A stretch of 62,940 nucleotides of DNA, filler included, from Octopus bimaculoides (GCF_001194135.2; 5 parts of 5 records of this genome joined end to end with filler, not necessarily neighbours in it); one strand, 5' to 3'; counted from the whole stretch's first letter, positions 1-13,725 are shown. The notes: generated from the sequence alone by a model not told the origin. Translations and numbers: made by a program.

Positions 1-410
1 AGTCCACTGGTTTGTTCACTTGTCTGTGCTCCAATGGAGTTGTGAAGACACTTTTGAATTGCTCATTCAGTACCAGATCCTAGTTGGACTGTCTGTGAGG
101 GAGCCATCCTTTTCGAAGAGGGGTCCAATCTTGCAGCGTACTGAGGCTGTTTCTTTTGCGTAATGAAAGAAGGCCTTTGGGTTTGACTTAATGTTTTTTA
201 TAACCCAGGCTTCTTTGTCTGCTCTCTCCTTCACATAGGATTGTTGCAGCCTTTTTTCGATCTCCATCAGTGTCGTTTTTAGGCGGGAACTTTTGCCATT
301 CTTGGGATGCTGGTTGAGTCGATTTGCAACTTTTGTCCGTCGTCTCATGAGGATCTTCCTCTCCCTTGGAATCTTGTTCCTATTTGTTTTGGCCTATACA
401 TATTCAAAAC
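1..410 (-). mobile_element. CR1/L2-type LINE ORF2 fragment (EN-RT linker)
   Basis: ORF 67-348(-) contains IKNIKSNPKAFFHYAKETASVRCKIGPL, matching the NPKxFFxYAK...KIGPL linker seen in CR1-like elements; cut by the window edge. Confidence 0.7.
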
Positions 411-1126
411 ATAGGACTAGCGAGATTTAGCCAATGTAGTATTATCTTAACGCTTTCAAGAGAACAATAAACCCGCTGACGTTCTGATTGTTAGTTCTTC
501 CTTAGAAGGAGACAGGCATAGATAAATCGAGAGAAAATGAAAGTGAAAGTAATGTTAAAACAACATGTGGAAATGCTGGCCCATGACGAAGCAGCACACA
601 GTGAGACTTAACCCGGGTGTATACGGTTGGGAAGTAAACTTCTTAACACGGATCAATGCATGGGTCTACTATATATAGAAAAATTACACAGAAGCATGAA
701 ACATACTTTGTGATAGAATTGAACTAAAATATGAAAAATTAAGAGCAATGATATCAATGTATAAATTGTGTGAAATTTCAAAGAAGCTGATAAAAAACAT
801 TTTGAAAAGTTCTTTCGTTGTCTCAAGAATGTTAAGAAACAGCATAAAATCCAAGGAGAAGAGATTACTTTGGTGAGCAAATCGGCAATGCTACAGGGAA
901 GAAATTGCAGAGAGGAATAGGTCAAGCCGAAAAGTGTTGCACGTGATCTGGTGTATGAGAAAAGCTGGTAAAAACAATATGACTCGTTTTGAAAGAAGAG
1001 TCCAGAGTAAAGTGAGTGATTCATCAAATGTAACACGTGCTTACGCGTGTGTGTTTAGTTTGTGTAAGAAAATGTGTGTATAAGTGTGTGCGTGCGCGTC
1101 TACGCATTGGGCGTGTTCAGTAAATA

Positions 1127-1805
1127 TTGGGTTCGCATGAAAGTAATTTCGTTTACACAAATAGAGTTACGATTTTTAATAATGACTTTTGTCATTGTTA
1201 TGACTTATTCCTTTTCACATTTGATAGCCGTTACTTTTAGCTAACTTTAGAAGTAATATTGTTGACAGCTGTTAATTGAGTTCTGGAGATTTTTCCCTTA
1301 AAAATGACCAACGTTCCGGTTGACCAACTTAAGGTGATAATGACCGAATCAAAGCCATAATGGATTTTGATTATCATATAACTGTGCGAGCGATTGCAGC
1401 GAGGTTAAATGTATTACACACAATTGAAAATCACTTAAAATGTCTTGGATCGTTAAGAAGCTCGATATGTGTGTTCTACATAAATTGAAAGATTCACGTA
1501 ACACAATGTATCAATATTTGCGATAGCCCTTATGTTACACCACCAGATTATCATTTATTTCGAAGTTTGCAAAATTCTTTGAATGGTAAAATTTTCGATA
1601 ATGATCATAATTTGAAATAGCACTTGCGTCATTTTTTGGCTGATAGGAACCAGAAGTTCTATGAGTGCAGATGTTGCCAGAAAGATGGCAAAGGTCATGG
1701 AACAAAATGGAAAATATATAATATATAACATATGGTTCTTGTATATAAAAAAAAATGACTTTTATTTCAGGTTAAAGAAACGAAATTTCTTTTTTGCCAA
1801 CCCAA
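1127..1805 (+). mobile_element. Internally deleted mariner (DD34D) element
   Basis: 28-bp TIRs TTGGGTTCGCATGAAAGTAATTTCGTTT and (revcomp) TTGGGTTGGCAAAAAAGAAATTTCGTTT, both flanked by TA; decayed HTH region joined directly to PDYHLFRSLQNSLNGK...KVMEQNGKYI; catalytic core deleted. Confidence 0.85.
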
Positions 1806-1964
1806 TAGATGTGTTTGTGTATACATATGCATTAATAATCATACATGTACATGTATATATCAAACACCCATACACACACAGAAACACATCTATACTTATT
1901 TATGTACATATATGATGTTATATATGCGTATGTGTATATAAACATTCATGTGTAAATATGTCTA

Positions 1965-2027
<63 letters not shown>

Positions 2028-2044
2028 GTATATATACACAGAGA

Positions 2045-2081
<37 letters not shown>

Positions 2082-3081
2082 GGTGTTATGAGAGGTAATG
2101 GTATCAATGAGACCCAGAGATGTTATGTAATGCTGATTAAGTGCTATGGACAGAATATAGTTAAACTCCAGGTTCGGTGATTATGCGAATGAGGAGTCCA
2201 ACATAGGTCATGTATCAGCATGGGTATAAATAAAACATTTTCAGAATGAGATAGAAATCCAAGGCTGTGAAATATTTTGGAAAATTTATAAATAGAAGGT
2301 CTTACACTTGTTTCCGGGATATTTTATAGATCCCTTCATCGGGGACGAGGTGAGAAAATGCTTAATCATTAGTTATTTTAGATACGATATGAAATAGAGA
2401 GTGAAGTGGAGGAATGAAAATAGACGTCAGATATGCAGAGATATTGCATATGTAGATCCATTATTTAGGCAGAATGGTATACATATAAGATTCCAATACC
2501 TCGTGAGTAAGTTTCAATAGCATTTAAAATTGGTCATTCCAAGTATAGAGTTTGTACACTGTTATTGTATTGAATTTCAGGTAAATTGTTGCTATGTGAC
2601 TTATTTTATAATTGTGAAAATTTAGCGTCAAGTAGATGGGATCAACAATAACTATAAAATATTAGATAAAACACATTTCAAGACTATAGAAAAAGTTAAA
2701 ACAGAAATATCTGTGTCCATGTCATTTTTGGGGGTTTTTTTCTGGCTTGATTAGAAACGGATACAAACTTTAAAAGCGATCGAAATACTTTGAAGCATGA
2801 GATGGCTAGATATTTTCACATATTTTGATATAAAATTAAATGTTTCCCATTGGAGCAAGTATTTACGTTAAACATGTTTCTATGCTCATACTATAACCAA
2901 TGCACTACAATATTACAATATATACTTGGAAGGTTGAAAGATTTTGATTTAGTATACAAATAAAAAACATAAATATATAGACATACATAACATATACATT
3001 ATGAATGTTAAGTATGCTATTTTATCCAAACATGCACACACATGTGTATATATATATAATATCATATATATATATGAAGAC

Positions 3082-3122
<41 letters not shown>

Positions 3123-3699
3123 CTTGTTGGTTTTAATTCTCTCAGCCGCATTTTAACTCAGATTTTCCTGACGGGTTCACATTGAATGTGACGAAACCAA
3201 TTTAATCACGAGTAGCAAAATTTTCAGTCTGTCAGTGGAAACCAAGAAATATATTCATATTATCAAACTTGTTAGGCGGACGTTAAAAAGGAAATACGTA
3301 TACGTTTTATATACTAAACATAGACACAGATGCATAAATGTACACAAACACACACGCACAGAAATATATATATATATAGGTGAGAAAGTTGGTATNNNNN
3401 NNNNNNNNNNNNNNNNNNNNNNNNNNNNNNNNNNNNNNNNNNNNNNNNNNNNNNNNNNNNNNNNNNNNNNNNNNNNNNNNNNNNNNNNNNNNNNNNNNNN
3501 NNNNNNNNNNNNNNNNNNNNNNNNNNNNNNNNNNNNNNNNNNNNNNNNNNNNNNNNNNNNNNNNNNNNNNNNNNNNNNNNNNNNNNNNNNNNNNNNNNNN
3601 NNNNNNNNNNNNNNNNNNNNNNNNNNNNNNNNNNNNNNNNNNNNNNNNNNNNNNNNNNNNNNNNNNNNNNNNNNNNNNNNNNNNNNNTATATATGTAAG

Positions 3700-3980
3700 C
3701 CTAGTACTTATTCTATCGGTGTCTTTTGCTGAACCTCTAAGATACGGGGATGTGAACGCACCAACATCGGTTGTCAGGTGATGGTAAGGAGACAAACACA
3801 GACACACAAACATATATATAACGAACTTCTTTCAGTTTCCGTCTACTAAATCTACTCACAAGGCTTTGGTCGGCCCGAGACTATAGAAGACACTTTCCCA
3901 AGTTGCTACTCAATGGCATTGAGCCCGGAACCATGTGGCTGGGAAGCAATCTTCTTACCATAGAACTACACCTGCGTCTA
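3700..3980 (-). mobile_element. tRNA-derived SINE, family 1
   Basis: Recurrent body AGCCTAGTACTTATTC...ACTCACAAGGCTTTGGTCGGCCCGAG with tRNA-like head at the right end. Other copies at about 8375-8560(-), 19560-19745(+), 32850-33020(-), 44480-44640(+), 57955-58310(-), 58820-59035(+), 60195-60390(+). Confidence 0.8.
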
Positions 3981-6224
3981 TCTAAGTGTATTTAAATTTA
4001 TGTATATGCGTTTGTGTGTACTGTGCGTGTGTGTGTGTATGCAAATGCTCGTCATATTTACATATATACACGCACAAATATCAAACCGAAATATATAGAA
4101 AATAACTGCCAGATATTGAATCAAAATTATGGCACTGGCATAAGCAGAGTATGCGGTTTTCGAAAGTTAACAATAGATTGTTTCTGACTAAGATTTCTAT
4201 ACTTTGAGGCAACTGATAGAGAAGCCCAGAAATGCATGCTACTGACGCAATTCAATTTCCTTGTGCGACTTTTGGTCTATCTCTTGTAAAATGTCCTTTT
4301 TTCTGCATAATCTTGTATGTTGTTGTTCTTATTGTTTCTAGAGTTGTTATTAGGATTAAGATGAAGTTAACTGTCAAATATCAAATCAGGAATTTTTTCT
4401 CCTAGTCATTGACAAACAGTGTCTTAAGATTAGCTTTGACATCACTAAATTCTGGTGCCCAAAGATACCATCTGTTATTGATGACGTCTGATTTGTTCAG
4501 ATGAAATTTCATATTACAAACACCTGGTGTATTTTAATAAAGCCTGATATAACTGATATTTGTAGTATTAACGTTTTAATATTTAAACCAGCCACATATC
4601 GTGCAAATAATCTGCCTGTTTTATGCTAAAACTGGCAAGATCTGGCCTCTCAGACCTACCCTGCAATATCTAAAACAATATGGGAATCACATCATCGAAG
4701 TTCAAAAGCAACGAGGCAATGCATGACCAATTAAAAACAAAACAATGTGAATGAATAAGCATTGCATTTAACAGAGTAATCTCAATGTTAATGGGTATCT
4801 AGATGGTACTTTAATAGAAACATGGCGCCTGAAATAAAGCGGCATACTTAATTTACTATTCATTACAAATGTTGGAAATCTGGCTGATGTCATCAGATGA
4901 AACGTAATTAAAGCGTTTCTCTAGTTTCTCATATCTTCTCAATTGAAATGTATATACGAATATATTGCTGAATATATGGGGGAGTGATCCTCATATACAT
5001 ATGTGTACGTTTGTGGGTTTTTTCTTTTTTTTTGTATTTTTGTGTGCGTTTCAGTGTGTGCGCATGCATTTATGCGTGTGCACTTAGGTGTGCGTATCTA
5101 AGTGTGTATATATATATATGCTTTTGTGTGTACTGTGTGTGTGCATATGCAAATGCTTGTGTATTTACTCACCATACCTCTATGCCTCTGAACGTTATGC
5201 TTCATATTAAGCTGTTATCGACATCAATCTTAGAACACGTTGTAAATTAGAAATTGAAATCAAATTATCATAAAGTTTTTCTGAGATCTAATTACCAAGC
5301 CCAGGTAACTTGCACGATCGTTTGCTAACATATTGACATTTGAATATCCAGAATAAGCCTGTACTTGCAAAGAAAAAATGGAATATAGGACAACTATTTT
5401 TTTTGTTGTGTATTATCCTGCCAGAGTATATATATATATATATATATAACAGATGCTTTACTATGCTTTTATTTATTATTATGATGGATTCATAAGTGAA
5501 ATTGTATATTACCATTTGAGTGTCCAACCATGTATAAAATCGAGCCTTAAACTATGTTAACATCATGGTTTGGTCTGAGGAAACAGAAATGTAATTTCGA
5601 AGAGAAGCAGATATCAAATGCTTACTCTGGTGCTACAAATTCCATGGTATTGAATGCACTTTCCTTAACGAATTGGGACGAATTTGACATCGGGAATGTA
5701 ATATGTGTGGAAACTCTCTAGGTATGAGACACAAATCTTGACAAAGTGGTATCTTATACAAGTGCGGCATGGAAGAATATTAGCCTGTATTTATGATAGT
5801 AAACAGGACTAAGTCAGGCAAAGCTAATGAACGCTGCATATACAGTTCTTGTCTTACTACGCATAATATTTCTAAAGTATGCGTGAACGCTGTAGTTATA
5901 AGGAACTGATGTGACAGGGTTTCTTTTAATTTCTTTTTTTTTTTTTGTATTTGTGTGGTACATATCTATTTTGACAGAATTAGGAACGATAAAATGTGGG
6001 AGGTTTAATACTCTAACTACATTAACCTCTTCGAATGTCATATTTTAGGTATCTTATCTCCAGATATTATGCTATACATATCAATGTCTACATAGCTACG
6101 TAATCACACACACACAAAAACGCAAAATATACACATACACATACATATATGTATTATATCACACACACACACACACACACACANNNNNNNNNNNNNNNNN
6201 NNNNNNNNNNNNNNNNNNNNNNNN

Positions 6225-6275
<51 letters not shown>

Positions 6276-6912
6276 AATATATACATATATATGTATATAT
6301 GTATGTATATATGTATATATATATACATGCCAAACGGCTCACTTTTCACACCCGATTCACAGGGAAATTTTTCACTTTAAATAATTCAAAATATATCTTC
6401 TACAACATGTATTGAGCATTCCATACTTTAGGGTACATAGATAGGTAATTACATGCTTACATACATAAATATATACATACATATACATGCACATATTTTT
6501 GTGTCTATGTATGCATGCACGTACGTTTGTATGTATGTATGTATGTATGTATGTATGTATGTATTAAAATGTATTAAAATGTATTTGTAAAAATTGTTTA
6601 CGAACACTTAGAATAATATAACTTTACTTTTAAAAAATATTTTATGAATGAAAACATAAATATAAGACTTCGTTCATAATTTTCTTGCATGAAGAAAATC
6701 CTAGTTTTGCATGATGTTAGCAAAAGACTTGACAGAGATAATTTCGCTTCAAAAGGTATTTCTAGCAAGTATAGACTCCACGTCTATTATGACAATCATT
6801 TAATGACTAATACATTATTAAGCATCTTAGTTGTTTCTTTGATATCAGAGCACTTAAAAACTGTGTGCGTTTGTGTGTGGGCGCGTGAGTGTGAGCGCGC
6901 GTATGTATATCG

Positions 6913-7013
<101 letters not shown>

Positions 7014-8607
7014 TGTGTGTGTGTGTAAGTACATAAGTATAATAACTTTGTGGTTCGTCAAAATGAAAAGGAAAACAATAATTAGCAGACTTAAAAATAA
7101 GTACCTGTTCGATGGCTGAAGTCCTGAGGCTGATACAGGTAAAATATATATGATAGAGGTAATAAATGTAGGCATATCGATATTTCTCTTTTTCTCTGAG
7201 TTTCATTGAAGTTCTTGAGAATGTTGAAACCGGTCGCTAACAAAGTGACATGACATTTTGGGGTGAGGGAGTTCCAACTGTATTAGTGTATTGATTGAAT
7301 TGTCGATGCATACACTCACGTGTGTGCATCTATCCATGTAAGAATCTCAGAAGAAGAATTTTTTTAATGTCTTACAAATCTTCACACTGCCACTAAGAAA
7401 TTGGGTTGGCGAATCCGAGTCAGATTCTCTTACACTTTCTCTGTATGCATGTATGTATGTATGCATGTATGCGTGTATGTGTGTATGTATGTATATATAT
7501 ATATNNNNNNNNNNNNNNNNNNNNNNNNNNNNNNNNNNNNNNNNNNNNNNNNNNNNNNNNNNNNNNNNNNNNNNNNNNNNNNNNNNNNNNNNNNNNNNNN
7601 NNNNNNNNNNNNNNNNNNNNNNNNNNNNNNNNNNNNNNNNNNNNNNNNNNNNNNNNNNNNNNNNNNNNNNNNNNNNNNNNNNNNNNNNNNNNNNNNNNNN
7701 NNNNNNNNNNNNNNNNNNNNNNNNNNNNNNNNNNNNNNNNNNNNNNNNNNNNNNNNNNNNNNNNNNNNNNNNNNNNNNNNNNNNNNNNNNNNNNNNNNNN
7801 NNNNNNNNNNNNNNNNNNNNNNNNNNNNNNNNNNNNNNNNNNNNNNNNNNNNNNNNNNNNNNATACACACATATATATCTCAGCCTCTTGTCCCCGTATT
7901 TCTCCCGTAGTCCTTCCTTCTCTATCTCTCTATCTCTATTTCTCCCTTTTATCTCTCCCTCTCCCCTTCCGTCTCATTCTTTAATCCTCCCCCCGCCTGA
8001 AGTTTTCCCCTCTTTCCTATTCCTTAATATCTCTAACCAACTTAAACTACTCCCCTCCCCTACTACGTAGTCGCTGTCCGGCTTAGGCTTTGTCAGCCTT
8101 TTAGGCCGACTACCCTTGAGGTCAGTCGCATGTGTTGTACTCTTCTGTCTTGTCACCCGGTCAGTTAAGATTTTTCAATTTCCATTTTCTTTGCTTTAGA
8201 TTAGTATACTCGTCTGATATCGAAAGACCCTGTTTGTTCTGTTTTATTTTTTGTTGTAATTGTCTAATTATTTTCTTCTTGTTGTATAGCCGAAAGGCTT
8301 TTCTCCATTCTATACGTATAATTCTATTTCTCATGTTATGTTCGTCCGACATATGTATATTTTTCTGCATCTCCTTGTATCAGTCATTTGACTGCGGCCA
8401 TGCTGAAGCACTGCCTTCAAATATTTTAGCTGAACAAATCGGCCCCATGACTTTTAAAGCCTAGTACTTATTTTATTGGCCGCTTTTCCCGAACTGCTAA
8501 TTTACGGGGACGTAAACATACCAGGACCGGCTGCCAAGCTGTGGTGGGGAAGAGACAGAGACACAAAGATATACACGCGCACGTACGCACACACAGACAC
8601 ACACACC

Positions 8608-8648
<41 letters not shown>

Positions 8649-9023
8649 GCAAACATACTCAAACATACATATACACATATCCATATGTATATATACATAT
8701 ACATACGTATATATCTATATATATATATAAATATATATGTATGTATACATATGATGTGTGGCTGGTTGTACATNNNNNNNNNNNNNNNNNNNNNNNNNNN
8801 NNNNNNNNNNNNNNNNNNNNNNNNNNNNNNNNNNNNNNNNNNNNNNNNNNNNNNNNNNNNNNNNNNNNNNNNNNNNNNNNNNNNNNNNNNNNNNNNNNNN
8901 NNNNNNNNNNNNNNNNNNNNNNNNNNNNNNNNNNNNNNNNNNNNNNNNNNNNNNNNNNNNNNNNNNNNNNNNNNNNNNNNNNNNNNNNNNNNNNNNNNNN
9001 NNNNNNNNNNNNNNNNNNNNNNN

Positions 9024-9063
<40 letters not shown>

Positions 9064-9937
9064 CATATATATACATATATTCACGATGGGCTTCTTTCAC
9101 TTTCTGTTGGTCGTATTCAATCACAAAGTTAATGTCGGGCACTTTCTGTGTATATCCATACATATGTATGTGTGTGTGTTTGAGTGTGTGTATGTGTGTA
9201 TTATGTAATTTAGTAAAACACAATACTGATGTTCAGCAAGAGAAAGCCTGTGTAAATGATTTATTCTCATAACAATTGTAAAAATCATTATAATTGATAA
9301 ATCGGTAACAAAACAAGTTTTGAGCGGGTTGGGGGAGAATTGATAAGCAAATCTTATTTCTTGAAGACAAATAATGCGAATTTATGGGAATATCTGGAAA
9401 ATAGATATTCGTTTCCCAGTATTGATCTGAAAATAATTTATTACATCACAGTTTCTCTGATATTTTGTAAGTCGTTTATCTTCGTTTGTATGTAAAAAGA
9501 AACAAATGCTGTTATATATTATAGTTGCCTTAAATTGGATGTAAAATATTATGTCTTAAAGCAAATAGCATTTTAGTCCTGATCTCTGTTACTAGATGAA
9601 ATAAAGTATCAACTATTATTAAACTGAATTAATATATTCTTCCTGCTGCGATCAGAATATATTTGTTACCAGTTATATATATATACGCATTTCACTTTGA
9701 AAAAACAAACAAACGAAAATGTAACATTGGGAATTATATGTATGAAATAACTGAAAGACAAATGTTTGTGTTAAGTGCCTTACTGATATTTATTGTCTTC
9801 CAGAAATGCGCACACCCACAGGCACAAATTTGAATGTACATTGATGTATGTGTGTGCGTGTGTGAGTGTGTGTGTACGAACGCGCTTCTTGGTAGTATGT
9901 GTGTGTGTGTGTATGTGCGAGCGCGTGGATGTATACA

Positions 9938-11189
9938 CAGACATGCAGGAAGTAAATAGACACGTTTAATTTTCAAAATCTTTTATTTAATACACAAAGC
10001 GAACAATTGAAATATAATCAATAGGTAGGACTACATACTTTAGTATTTAGTTGACATTTCCTTCGCAGTTTTTAATTCAGAAACTCTTTTTGGCATTGAA
10101 CTGATGAGCTTTGTGATTGTCTCTTGTGGAATTTCTGCCCACTTTTCATGCAACAATCGAAACAATTCATCTTTAGATTTAGGTTTCTGTCGAGTTTTTC
10201 GTATACCTCTATCTAGTATGCTCCAAAGATTTTTAATTGGGTTCATGTCAGTAGATTGGCTCGACCAAGGAAGCTTTTTGATCCCATTTTCAGTCAGCCA
10301 TTGTTGATTCCTTTTCGCTGTGTGGCATGGAGCCCAATCTTCCATGAATAAAAACTCATTTTTCGTTATGTTATCGTGTGAATACATCGGAAGTATTCCT
10401 TGCTTAAGTATTTCGATGTATTTTTCAGAGTTTATGGTTCCAACACATTCGATCAACTCAGAACGACCATTGCTGGTGACAGCTCCCCATACCATTACAA
10501 GATACCGCCATGTTTCACAGTGGGTTGGAGTCGTTTCAAATTAAATTCTTGATTGGGAAGCCTCCAGACCCAAACACTCCACCGTGTGAAAATAATGCAA
10601 ATCTGGATTCATCTGAGAAAATCACTCTATCCCAAAATGAACTGGATTTTTCTGACATCTCCTTAGCCCATTTCTTTCTTTTCATGACATTACTTGGTCC
10701 AAGGAGAGATTTTCTTTGAGCTGTTCGTCCATAATACCCAAGCTTATGCAGATATGTAACACACTTCTAACTGTCTTGCAATGTCAGAAGCCTTCAAACG
10801 GGGTTCGTTTTCAACAATTCTCTTCAAACACCAAAGATTCCGAGGGCCCAGGTCGGCCGCGACGAGAGTCTGTTGATTCTTTTCCTTGGCTTTGGATTTG
10901 CAATATAATTCTGTTAACAGTAACAAGAGGAATTTGAAGATTTTCGGCAATATTTCGCTGGCTGAATTCGCCCTCAGATTGCCCAACAATATGACCTCTT
11001 TGAAAATCTGACAGTTCTGCTGAATTTTTTGGTGCGTGGCAACTTTAATCTTTGCAAATGCTTAATATAATGGCACCTAGAATAAAAATCAATAACTACT
11101 TTGTAAATTCTACATTACTGAAACATACTAAGATGCTTAGGTCAGAAATTTTGAAAATTAAAGGTGTCTATTTATTTCGTGCATGCCTG
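9938..11189 (-). mobile_element. Full-length decayed Tc1-family transposon
   Basis: TIRs CAG(A/G)CATGCA(G/C)GAA(G/A)TAAATAGACAC at both ends, right end followed by TA; N-terminal [15 protein letters not shown]; ORF 10040-10495 has MVWGAV...FMEDWAPCHTA...WSSQSTDMNPIKNLW, with the catalytic E changed to K; frameshifted. Confidence 0.9.
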
Positions 11190-11219
11190 TATATATATAT
11201 ATATATATAAATATAAATA

Positions 11220-11250
<31 letters not shown>

Positions 11251-12124
11251 CGTTGGCATTATCTCTTGAGTAGATAATCTGTAGCGACTGAGCAAGTGGA
11301 GGAATAGAAGAAACGAAGTTCAAAATGTACGTGGAATGTATTGAGAATATAATTATATTTTAAAACATAAGAACATGTTTGATCGATTTCACAATAGATT
11401 TTCAAAAATGTATATTGTAAGGAGTTTGTCAGGAGTTATATCTATTTTGGCCATTGCTTTTGGAGTAGGAATGTGAGTCACGACGCTATCCACGGGAATA
11501 AAAAAAAATATAAAAGCTGCAAAGTGGTATAGGCAGTCATCTAGTCATCAATTCAATCGTTTCTTCTAATTCATAATTTCTTATCGTCTTCAAAATATCA
11601 ACTGATAATTAAGAATAGTATTCTGGGTGGAATATAAGAGTATAAGAGCTGAAGACACCTCCGAAAGGAGGGGCCCCGCCACGTCAAAACGGTAGAAGAG
11701 TAGGGGCCGAAACCGGACGTGGTTCCTCCTAATGATGTCTTGAGCTAACTGGATCCTATAAAGGAGCTGTTGTGGTAGCAGACCACGAAACATGGTTGAA
11801 ATTCCCCATATTGCAAGAACTGTTATGTAATGCAACCATAACGACCAGCAAATGCTAGTTATAGAATTTCAAGTGAAATGGATCCACTGATCTACAAAAT
11901 TAGAAATATTGCATTTCTAAGTCTCTCAGAGGGAGTTATGCAGAATCAGCACGATAAAGTGTTGGTTTGTTGCCAACTTAATGTGGCAGTCCCAGGAAAG
12001 GGAAGAATGCTAATGCTGTGTAGCCCCAAGAAATACCGTGTCTAGTTGGTTACGTGATTGTAAGCGTTCTGTTTCCTTAACTTTTCAAACAGGGGAGATA
12101 AGCACCTCCACCCAAAAAAGCCAG

Positions 12125-12170
12125 CTTCCAGAGACAAGTTTCAGGGTATTTGCCCCGCATCAGTCTGAAG
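12125..12170 (-). ncRNA. Minimal type I hammerhead ribozyme, copy 1 (core A9 to C)
   Basis: Minus strand reads CTTCAGA-CTGATGC-GGGG CAAATA CCCT-GAAA-CTTG-TC-TCTGGAAG: stem I, CUGAUG(A) core, stem II hairpin, GAAA, 4-nt stem III, GUC cleavage triplet, stem I partner. Confidence 0.65.
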
Positions 12171-12500
12171 TAGCTTGGCATTGCTAGCGGTCGGTGCTAA
12201 ATCTCTGTTAAAAACTTATAGAATTTCAAGTAAAATAAATTCACTGATCTACAAATTTAGAAATATTGCAATTCTAAATCTCTCAGAGAGATATATGCAG
12301 AAGTAGCAGGATACAGTGATGGTTTGTTGCCAAATTAACATGGCAGTCCCAGGAAAAGGAAGAAGGCTACTGCTATTTAGTCCCAAGGGAGATTTAGAAA
12401 TGCAATATTTCTCATTTTGTAGATCAGTGAATTTATTCCACTTGAAATTCTATAAATTTTCTTCCGCGAATTAGCACCGACAGCAAACAAAGGCAAGCTA

Positions 12501-12546
12501 CTTCCGACTGATGAGGGATAAATACCCTAAAACTAGTCACTGGATG
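12501..12546 (+). ncRNA. Minimal type I hammerhead ribozyme, copy 2 (core G12 to A)
   Basis: CTTCCGA-CTGATGA-GGG ATAAATA CCCT-AAAA-CTAG-TC-ACTGGATG: intact CUGAUGA, palindromic CTAG stem III, GUC triplet; GAAA has become AAAA. Confidence 0.65.
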
Positions 12547-13656
12547 CTGGCTTTGGTGAGTGGAAGTCCTTATCTCCCCTGTTTCAAACCTCAAGGACAC
12601 AGAACGCTTACGTCACGTAACCAACTAGAAACGGTATTTCTTGGGGCTACACTGCATTAGCATTCTTCCCTTTCCTGGGACTGCAACATTAAGTTGACAA
12701 CAAACAATCACTTTATCGTGCTACTGCATGACTCTCTCTGAGAGATTCAGAAAAGCAATATTTCTAATTATATANNNNNNNNNNNNNNNNNNNNNNNNNN
12801 NNNNNNNNNNNNNNNNNNNNNNNNNNNNNNNNNNNNNNNNNNNNNNNNNNNNNNNNNNNNNNNNNNNNNNNNNNNNNNNNNNNNNNNNNNNNNNNNNNNN
12901 NNNNNNNNNNNNNNNNNNNNNNNNNNNNNNNNNNNNNNNNNNNNNNNNNNNNNNNNNNNNNNNNNNNNNNNNNNNNNNNNNNNNNNNNNNNNNNNNNNNN
13001 NNNNNNNNNNNNNNNNNNNNNNNNNNNNNNNNNNNNNNNNNNNNNNNNNNNNNNNNNNNNNNNNNNNNNNNNNNNNNNNNNNNNNNNNNNNNNNNNNNNN
13101 NNNNNNNNNNNNNNNNNNNNNNNNNNNNNNNNNNNNNNNNNNNNNNNNNNNNNNNNNNNNNNNNNNNNNNNNNNNNNNNNNNNNNNNNNNNNNNNNNNNN
13201 NNNNNNNNNNNNNNNNTATATATATATATATATATGCGCGTGTGTGTGGTGGGTGTGTGTGTATCCTAATATATGGAAGATATATTGAATAAACATGATA
13301 TTGTCTGATATGGTAAAGAATTCCGAGTTGATTCATTTTAATGATGATGCTGACATGTCGTTTCAACTACGACAGCTGCAGGAAAGGTAGAATTTACAAG
13401 GTGAAGTGAATTGGCAATAAACGTTCCAAATTATATAGCACCCAACAACTTTGTTAATAAAGACTTGTAATAAAAACATGTTCTATGAATGTAACAAAGA
13501 TTGTGTCAGAAAATACAAAAAAATATACAAATAGTGGATGCGAACCAGAAATAAATGAGAGTTTATAGTGTAAATAGACTGCGTATTGTGGTTCATGGTG
13601 GAAGCACACTTAAATATATACTTAAATATATACATAGTTATAAACAAGCACACACA

Positions 13657-13725
<69 letters not shown>

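Larger units (their letters stand above)
11859..12774. repeat. 357-bp tandem plus inverted repeat array (Penelope pseudo-LTR or retrozyme-like)
   Basis: Unit start ATAGAATTTCAAG at 11861 and 12218 (period 357); second unit truncated at about 12387; 12389-12774 is the reverse complement of the same unit and runs into a gap. Confidence 0.85.

Noticed and set aside
650-1030. Possible Gypsy gag-like remnant on plus (FKEADKKHFEKFF...)
   Set aside because: Resemblance too weak, several stops, no LTR or pol context.
3978-5165. Degenerate direct repeat of about 80 bp (about 3978-4055 and 5094-5165)
   Set aside because: Mostly TG/TA-rich low-complexity sequence; probably two copies of a common microsatellite-associated repeat.
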